Below are positions 14,513 through 20,038 of a DNA stretch of 20,038 bases, in pieces. Numbering within the stretch: the stretch's first letter is position 1; each line of letters begins with the position of its first letter. The DNA is from an uncultured Thermotogae bacterium (GTDB lineage Bacteria; Bipolaricaulota; Bipolaricaulia; UBA7950; UBA9294), in NCBI GenBank assembly GCA_964554715.1, contig CAZKPU010000022.1, forward strand, positions 1 through 20,038, in the 5' to 3' direction. Below the pieces are notes generated by a model that was not told where the DNA came from, searched no databases, and worked only from the letters and a program-made list of their open reading frames with translations. A program made the translations under genes and the position numbers.

Positions 14513-14541
14513 TTGACAGTCCTGAAGGGCCTATCTATGAT
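14513..14541 (+). promoter_or_regulatory. Strong sigma70-like promoter for the HAD/FAD-oxidoreductase/C39 operon.
   Basis: TTGACA (14513-14518), a 17-bp spacer, then TATGAT (14536-14541). The predicted leader to GTG 14673 is ~125 nt. Confidence 0.55.
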
Positions 14542-14672
14542 GTTCGACCGGCGGCGCTCTTCGCACAGGGTGGCGACCGAAAGGCCGGCCGGGGAACGTA
14601 GGCGGCTTCAAATGCGAGCCATCTCATCGCCTGTTTGACTTTGATTATGCACGAGAAGGAGCGGTTAGGCCC

Positions 14673-15371
14673 GTGAAGCGTTCGGATCTTCGAGGGATCG
14701 TTTTCGATCTGGATGGAACCTTGTGTCACTACGAGGTCGGTATCGCGGAAGCGCTGTCGGATTCTCTGATGCGCACCGGGAACCCTCGCGACATGTTCGG
14801 TGTGCTCGAAAGCGCCGCGGACCGTTTCGACGACCTATGGCGTAAGTACGAATCCCGACGCGGCAGTGCTACTGAGATTTGCTTCCGCTCCTTTCGAGAG
14901 CTTCTCATTGAGGCCGGATCGCCCAACGAGCCGTTGGCCGGCAAGCTGTCGGAGATCTACACGCGGATCCGGCTTGCGTCCGTTGCTCTGTACCCCGGAG
15001 CGCATGAATCGCTTGCCGCTCTCCGGCCGTGTTACCGCATGGGCTTGCTGACAAACGGGCCGTCTGATCTTCAGTGGGGCAAAATCCGCCGGCTCTCGAT
15101 CGAGCCGCTGTTCGATACGATCGTCGTTGCCGGAGACGTGGGGCGCTACAAGCCGGATGCCCGGGCGTTCCGGCTGACGGCGAGGCAACTGGGACTTCGC
15201 AGCGAAGAGATCATCTTTGTCGGCGATTCCCCGTCCGCCGACATCGCCGGAGCGCGTGCGGCAGGTTTCTATTCGGCATGGATCCGTCATCCAAGGGTGG
15301 AAATCGCTCCGGAAACCACCGCCGATCTCGTGATCGATGACCTCCGTGAGCTACGAAAGGTGCTGCTATGA
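14673..15371 (+). CDS. HAD-superfamily hydrolase (subfamily IA-like phosphatase).
   Basis: Motif I FDLDGTL. A lysine lies in RYKPDARAF. Motif IV is FVGDSPSADIAGARAAG. GTG start with SD GAAGGAG. Confidence 0.8.
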   Translation: MKRSDLRGIVFDLDGTLCHYEVGIAEALSDSLMRTGNPRDMFGVLESAADRFDDLWRKYESRRGSATEICFRSFRELLIEAGSPNEPLAGKLSEIYTRIRLASVALYPGAHESLAALRPCYRMGLLTNGPSDLQWGKIRRLSIEPLFDTIVVAGDVGRYKPDARAFRLTARQLGLRSEEIIFVGDSPSADIAGARAAGFYSAWIRHPRVEIAPETTADLVIDDLRELRKVLL

Positions 15372-16702
15372 GAACCGTTGATGTAGCCATCCTTGGCGCG
15401 GGCCCGGCGGGCCTGTTCGCTGCGAACGCTCTTTCTGGTTCGGGGCTGCGCGTCGTGCTGATCGATCGAGGGGCGGAGCCCTCTCAGCGAACACATATCA
15501 GCTACGGCGTCGGGGGTGCGGGGGCGTTCTCGGATGGGAAGCTGAACCTGACTCCGGACATCGGCGGGGAACCGGAGACGTTCGGCCGTTCGACCGGAGA
15601 ACTGCAGGCGTACATCAATCATGTGGACGAAACGTTCACCCGCTTCGGTGCTCCGCAGAAGTACTCCGGAGAGAACGAGGACGCCCTTCGCCGGTTGAAG
15701 GAGACGGCGACGCGGGCGGGGATCGAGTTCATCAGCGGACGGCAGCGTCACATGGGGACACTGCACGTTCGGGATGCGATCGACTCCTTCTACCGAAATC
15801 TGCTTGGCGAAGGGATCGAACCTGCGCTCGGTTGTAGGATCGAGAAGATCGAGCGAACTTCCGCCGGGTTTGCCCTTTCCGGAGGGGATCTGCAGTGGGA
15901 AGCCCGCTACCTTATCGCCGCCCCCGGCCGGGCTGGCGCCTACTGGTTCCGGGAGCAGGCTGCGGCGCTTGGGATTGAGACCGCGTACGGGCCGATCGAC
16001 GTGGGCGTGCGTGTCGAGTTTCCCGCAGAAGTCTACACCTCCGTGGAGAAGGTCATGTACGATGCGAAGCTGCGAGTGCGGACGAACTCCTACGATGACA
16101 TGGTGCGAACGTTCTGCACCAACCCCCGCGGTTTTGTGGTGCGAGAAACCTACGACGATTTCTCTCTTGTGAACGGGCATGCGGAGAACGATCGAAAAAC
16201 AGACAACACGAACTTCGCGCTGCTCTCTCACATCGAGCTAACGGATCCGGTGGAGGATACAACCGAGTACGGTCGCGCGATCGCCAAGCTGGCGACCACC
16301 ATCGGCGGCGGTCGGCCGATCTTGCAGCGACTGAAGGATCTTCGCAGCGGGCGGCGATCCACTGTGGAACGGCTCGCAAGAGCGACGATCCGGCCCACGC
16401 TCGAAGATGCGACCCCCGGCGATATCTCGATGGCGTTGCCGCATCGAGTGGTCGGCAACCTCTTGGAGGCGTTGGATCAGCTGAATCACATCCTGCCCGG
16501 ACTGACATCGGACAACACGCTTCTATACGCCCCGGAGATCAAGTTCTACGACACACGGTACCCGGTCAGTCACGACATGGAGACCCCGGTGGCCGGGTTG
16601 TACGTCACCGGCGATGCCTCCGGACACTGCCGGGGAATTGTGTATTCGGCCGTCAGTGGGAGCATCGCCGCCGAAGCGATCCGCCGGCGTGAGGGTCGGT
16701 AG
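15368..16702 (+). CDS. FAD-dependent oxidoreductase of the uncharacterised COG2509-like family.
   Basis: N-terminal dinucleotide fold VAILGAGPAGLFAANAL…VVLIDRG. C-terminal GLYVTGDASGHCRGIVYSAVSGSIAAEAI. The ATGA junction overlaps the HAD gene stop. Confidence 0.7.
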   Translation: MRTVDVAILGAGPAGLFAANALSGSGLRVVLIDRGAEPSQRTHISYGVGGAGAFSDGKLNLTPDIGGEPETFGRSTGELQAYINHVDETFTRFGAPQKYSGENEDALRRLKETATRAGIEFISGRQRHMGTLHVRDAIDSFYRNLLGEGIEPALGCRIEKIERTSAGFALSGGDLQWEARYLIAAPGRAGAYWFREQAAALGIETAYGPIDVGVRVEFPAEVYTSVEKVMYDAKLRVRTNSYDDMVRTFCTNPRGFVVRETYDDFSLVNGHAENDRKTDNTNFALLSHIELTDPVEDTTEYGRAIAKLATTIGGGRPILQRLKDLRSGRRSTVERLARATIRPTLEDATPGDISMALPHRVVGNLLEALDQLNHILPGLTSDNTLLYAPEIKFYDTRYPVSHDMETPVAGLYVTGDASGHCRGIVYSAVSGSIAAEAIRRREGR

Positions 16703-16705
16703 CGC

Positions 16706-17896
16706 GTGGGGATGAGGTTGCACCGCCGGATTGCGAAGACGGTCGCGCTGACGATGCTCGTGCTTGTTCTGTTTGCGGTGACTCTGCCGATCGTGGCCGT
16801 TGGGGAGACTGCGGCCCTTCCATATCAAACCCGGGGCTACAGTCAGGCGTTTCAGGGATCCCCGGGCGCATGGGGCGATGATCGCCTCGGAACAGCCGGG
16901 TGTCCGGACAGTCTCGCAACCACCGGGTGCCTCGTGACCGCGATTGCCTGTGTGCTCGAGTACTACGGAATGGAGGTCGCACTTCCGGCAAGCGGAGGAC
17001 GGATCACGGGGTCGGATCCGGGGGCGCTGAATGCATGGCTCAAGGAGAACGGCGGCTTCGGTCATTGTGCGAGTGACGCCTTCGGGAACTGCTGTCTCGA
17101 ATGGTCCCATCTTCCACCGGAACTTCTGCTTCACACCTACTACAACACGAGCGAGATGGGAATGGACGTTCAGGCAACGGCAAGGATCACTCGCGCTCTT
17201 GAGCAAGGCCAGCCGGTTCTCGCCGGGGTTCACTGGGGGGTCCCGTGCGGTGCCGACCCCGACCGCAGCGAAGACTGCCACTGGATCGTGATTACCGCGC
17301 AGGCTCACGGCACGACCGTCATCCTTGACACGTACAACCCCGACTTCTCGTCTCCGTATGCCGTGCGAACCACGTTGGATCGAGGCGTGCACGGCAGCTA
17401 CATTATCGATCGGTATGTCGTGGTGGACGCGCCGGAGCTGGTTCCGGCATCCACAGCGGTTGTTGTCTCGCTTGCTCCGGGAAGTTGGACCTCACCCGGA
17501 AGCCCGGCGCAGTTGGTTGTTCAGACATCGGATGTGGGCATCGACTCCTCGTTGTTCGTCACCGCGATCGATCCTCAGGGCGTCTCGTGGTCGCTTGCTC
17601 CGGACAGCGCAGCGGCGGACGGACGTTGGATTCGCACCGCGACTCCTGCCGGATGGGACGTGGAGCCCCACGACGTGCGGGTGTGGAGCATTCCGTTGCC
17701 GCTGGGGATCGATCCCGCGGAATGGACATGGAATGCATGGTTGAGCGATCCGCTACTGCCGGGGATCCCGCTGGCTCAAGGAACGCAGGGTCGAGCGGCC
17801 GCCGTGGACTCGCCCATCTCCGCGTTGGGAGTCCTTGCAGCGCTTGCGCTTCTTGCAGCGACGGTCACGTTCATGGTCTGGGTGCTGAACGAGTAG
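16706..17896 (+). CDS. Membrane-anchored protein with a peptidase C39-like (papain-fold, PF13529-type) domain. It has an N-terminal signal/TM, a beta-rich middle region and a C-terminal TM tail.
   Basis: LPYQTRGYSQ…TGCLVTAIACVLEYYG places a Cys in the C39_2-like position (cf. pyxSQ…CGPTSLAMVLsYYG). The His lies in CHWIVITAQAHGTTVILDTYNPD. N-terminal hydrophobic region LTMLVLVLFAVTLPIVAV. C-terminal LGVLAALALLAATVTFMVWVLNE. Starts 3 nt after the upstream gene. Confidence 0.6.
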   Translation: MGMRLHRRIAKTVALTMLVLVLFAVTLPIVAVGETAALPYQTRGYSQAFQGSPGAWGDDRLGTAGCPDSLATTGCLVTAIACVLEYYGMEVALPASGGRITGSDPGALNAWLKENGGFGHCASDAFGNCCLEWSHLPPELLLHTYYNTSEMGMDVQATARITRALEQGQPVLAGVHWGVPCGADPDRSEDCHWIVITAQAHGTTVILDTYNPDFSSPYAVRTTLDRGVHGSYIIDRYVVVDAPELVPASTAVVVSLAPGSWTSPGSPAQLVVQTSDVGIDSSLFVTAIDPQGVSWSLAPDSAAADGRWIRTATPAGWDVEPHDVRVWSIPLPLGIDPAEWTWNAWLSDPLLPGIPLAQGTQGRAAAVDSPISALGVLAALALLAATVTFMVWVLNE

Positions 17897-17930
17897 TCGC
17901 CGTAGGTGCTCTCAAGACCCTCAAGCTCCG

Positions 17931-18752
17931 TTATGCGGCGCCCGATCCCGCCCCAACCCCGGTCACGAGGGAGACGATGATCGCCGCGAGTCCGAGCAGA
18001 CCGCAGTAGCCTCCGAACCACGCCAACTGCCTACGACGGACAACGGTGAGGAGTGTGTGGATGGCCAGCCAACCGACAACGGCGGCGATGACACCGCCGA
18101 CTGCGAGATCTGCGACACCTGCGGCGGATCCGGCGCTCCTTGCCTCTACAGAAAACAGTTCCACCGCCGCGGCGCCGAGAACCGCGGGGACGGATAGAAG
18201 GAACGAGAAGCGGATCGCCTGATCTTGTCGCACCCCGGAGAGCAACCCCGCCGACAGCGTTGCGCCCGATCGTGACACCCCGGGAAGGATGGCGGCGGCC
18301 TGAGCCACGCCGATCCAGATCGCATCCCGAACGCGTGGTTCCTCCCTGCGGTTTCCGCTTCGCTGATCCGCCGCATGCGCCAGGAAGAGGAGCCCCGCCG
18401 TGATCAACAGGCAGATGCCGACGACGAGCGTGGAGTCGAACGCATCTCGAATGACCGATGCTCCGAACCATCCCGTGATGCCGATCGGGATCGATGCGAT
18501 GATGAGCTTGGCCACCCATCGCCGGCCTTCGGGATCGTCGGAACGGAAGATCGAACGGAGCAAGCGCCATATATCCCGTCGGAAGACGACCAAGATGGAG
18601 ACGACGGTTCCCAGATGGAGAACGGCCCCGAGCAACGTGGCCGGTTCCTCGACGTGAAGAAGCTGCTGGGCGAGAACGAGATGACCGGAGCTGGAGACGG
18701 GAAGGAACTCCGTGAGCCCTTGGACAACACCGAGGAGAGCGGTTCTAAGCAC
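17931..18752 (-). CDS. uppP: Undecaprenyl-diphosphatase UppP (BacA).
   Basis: GLTEFLPVSSSGH and PGVSRSGATLSAGL motifs, 8-TM layout. GTG start with SD AGGAGA. Its start overlaps the stop of the upstream gene by 8 nt. Confidence 0.9.
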   Translation of the reverse strand: MLRTALLGVVQGLTEFLPVSSSGHLVLAQQLLHVEEPATLLGAVLHLGTVVSILVVFRRDIWRLLRSIFRSDDPEGRRWVAKLIIASIPIGITGWFGASVIRDAFDSTLVVGICLLITAGLLFLAHAADQRSGNRREEPRVRDAIWIGVAQAAAILPGVSRSGATLSAGLLSGVRQDQAIRFSFLLSVPAVLGAAAVELFSVEARSAGSAAGVADLAVGGVIAAVVGWLAIHTLLTVVRRRQLAWFGGYCGLLGLAAIIVSLVTGVGAGSGAA

Positions 18753-19491
18753 GCTTTCTCCTGAAGGACAGCGTCAGCTTCAACGCTCCGGTGGGGCAAG
18801 AGGTTGCGCACAAGCCGCACTTGATACAGTTGTGGTTGTCGTGCTCGAGGTGAGGTTCGAGCCCCATCGGGCAGCTTGCAGCGCAGGTTCCGCAGCCTGT
18901 GCACTCGCCTTCTCGGAAGCGCAGGCGCAGGAAGCTCACGCGGTTGAACAACGACAGCAACGCCCCCATCGGGCACAGATAGCGGCACCAGAAACGGGCG
19001 ATCAGAACCATCCCCACCAGGGTCACGCCCAGCGATGCCATGTGGATCAGAAACGGGCGGTTGACCGTGGCCACTCCCATGAAAAGATAGGGGATCGATG
19101 CCTCCAAGGAGGCCGCGGGGCAGATCTTGCAGAACAGGGTGTCGGTCATGGCCCATGCCGCGATCAACGTTCCGGCGAGCACGGCGTACTTCCCGAAGGA
19201 AGCGCTCCGGAGGATCCGCACTTTGCGGAACGAGAGCAGGTCGTTCAGCGTTCCGAAAGGGCAGAACCATCCACAGAATCCACGTCCGGCAAACAGGCCG
19301 TAGGCGGCGATCGCCCCGAGCCAGAAATACGGCACCGTGCCGAACACGATCAGATTCTGGATCAGTCCGATCGGACACACGGTGACGGCGAGCGGGCAGG
19401 CGTAGCAGTGCAGTCCGGGGAAGATGATGTGAGTCATCCCGATGCCGGTTGCCCCGAACAACCCGAACACGATGCCCAGCGACTGGACCAT
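18745..19491 (-). CDS. NapH/MauN/CcoG-type membrane polyferredoxin (two CX3CP motifs plus two 4Fe-4S ferredoxin motifs).
   Basis: CGWFCPFG and CRYLCPMG (CX3CP). CTGCGTCAASCP and CIKCGLCATSCP (CxxCxxCxxxCP). Multiple TM segments. The ORF opens at 19770, but the first ~90 aa are Arg/Gly-rich with no homology-like features. The start is therefore called at ATG 19489-19491 (MVQSLGIVFGLF…). Confidence 0.7.
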   Translation of the reverse strand: MVQSLGIVFGLFGATGIGMTHIIFPGLHCYACPLAVTVCPIGLIQNLIVFGTVPYFWLGAIAAYGLFAGRGFCGWFCPFGTLNDLLSFRKVRILRSASFGKYAVLAGTLIAAWAMTDTLFCKICPAASLEASIPYLFMGVATVNRPFLIHMASLGVTLVGMVLIARFWCRYLCPMGALLSLFNRVSFLRLRFREGECTGCGTCAASCPMGLEPHLEHDNHNCIKCGLCATSCPTGALKLTLSFRRKRA

Positions 19492-19529
19492 GCGCCGCGT
19501 TGTCTGAAGACGAAGCCGCGACAGCCACC

Positions 19530-20033
19530 TCACGGCAGGCTCCTCAACGCGTCCAGCAATCTTCCCTCGAGGTGTTCGACCCCGAATAGGACGACACCCG
19601 TTGCCGGAAGAACCGTCGCCGGCACCACCGTTCGGTTGGACCGGATCACGTTGTAGCGTGCGGCCAGCTCGGGCTCCGCCTCCACGTCGATGAAGCGATA
19701 GGTGATCCGCTCGGTCTCGGCTGCGAACGCTTGGACCATCGCTTCGGCGAAGGGGCAGGAGTGGCACCACACGGCGTAGAACACGAGGATCTCCACGGGC
19801 TCAAGGACGTCGAACGAGGCAAGCTCCGATCGGGTCTCGGGAGAAAGCTCCGGATCTCCGTGCGAGGACTCTTCGATTCCCACGCAGGACGTGCATAGCA
19901 CGGCTCCGATCCCCTGTGCCTGTTCGTGCTGCGAGGTGAGAACGCCATAGGCCAATGCGCCAACGGCGATGAGTGCCACGGCGGCCACCACGACGACCAT
20001 CTTTCGCACGAAGGCAAACACGACCAGCGCCAC
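19530..20033 (-). CDS. Membrane-anchored thioredoxin-fold protein with a CxxC motif. The N-terminus may extend beyond the window.
   Basis: N-terminal TM MVVVVAAVALIAVGALAYGVL. Thioredoxin-like core ILVFYAVWCHSCPFAEAM…ITYRFIDVEAEPELAARYNV…RTVVPATVLP…GVVLFG. There is an additional CTSC pair near the membrane. The ORF is open to the window edge. Confidence 0.6.
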   Translation of the reverse strand: MALVVFAFVRKMVVVVAAVALIAVGALAYGVLTSQHEQAQGIGAVLCTSCVGIEESSHGDPELSPETRSELASFDVLEPVEILVFYAVWCHSCPFAEAMVQAFAAETERITYRFIDVEAEPELAARYNVIRSNRTVVPATVLPATGVVLFGVEHLEGRLLDALRSLP

Positions 20034-20038
20034 GGCAA

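Noticed and set aside
17897-17930. Convergent gap between the C39-like gene and uppP, checked for a bidirectional terminator.
   Set aside because: Only imperfect complementarity (CGCCGTAG…ATGCGGCG), and no U or A tracts.
19492-19770. N-terminal 93-aa extension of the NapH-like ORF (MVPLLPLRRSDGPSVRSRDR…).
   Set aside because: Arg/Gly-rich low-complexity sequence in a different frame across the thioredoxin-like gene. The polyferredoxin fold starts at MVQSLG (ATG 19489-19491).
19646-20038. Trp-rich 130-aa minus-strand ORF.
   Set aside because: An alternative frame of the thioredoxin-like gene. W/P/S-rich junk.
1-20038. Scan for CRISPR arrays, IS/transposase genes, integrases or tRNA/rRNA genes.
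   Set aside because: No spacer-repeat periodicity. No transposase or recombinase-like ORFs. No tRNA-like cloverleaf candidates were noticed. The only repeated element is the pair of riboswitches.

Overview
The window is a high-GC bacterial chromosomal segment. The presence of a full-length mutS argues against a typical actinobacterium. Most of it is housekeeping: mutS, then a minimal dcw-type trio (rsmH-ftsL-ftsI) with convergent mnmG, an SPFH/band-7 gene, a tpiA-pgsA-(DUF2419/Qng1-like) operon, comEA, a half-size UPF0016 transporter, rsmD-surE, a HAD/FAD-oxidoreductase/C39-like-peptidase operon, and a thioredoxin-like/NapH-like/uppP operon.

The most interesting part is the first ~1.35 kb, on the minus strand. 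Two copies of a ~90-nt conserved leader element are nearly identical in their 5' halves to the Vibrio cholerae Vc2 c-di-GMP-I (GEMM) riboswitch (GGCAAACC, a GNRA hairpin, then GGGxCGCAAAGC...). One copy, with an intrinsic-terminator expression platform, sits upstream of a 107-aa protein. That protein fuses a ribbon-helix-helix DNA-binding domain to tandem MshEN/T2SSE_N-type 24-residue c-di-GMP-binding motifs. The second copy, with an SD-sequestering platform, sits upstream of a secreted cadherin-like repeat protein whose gene runs off the window start. This looks like a nested c-di-GMP circuit: an RNA sensor controlling a protein sensor, both at an adhesin gene. The adhesin's signal-peptide codons also contain an A8/T8 homopolymer, a candidate phase-variation site.
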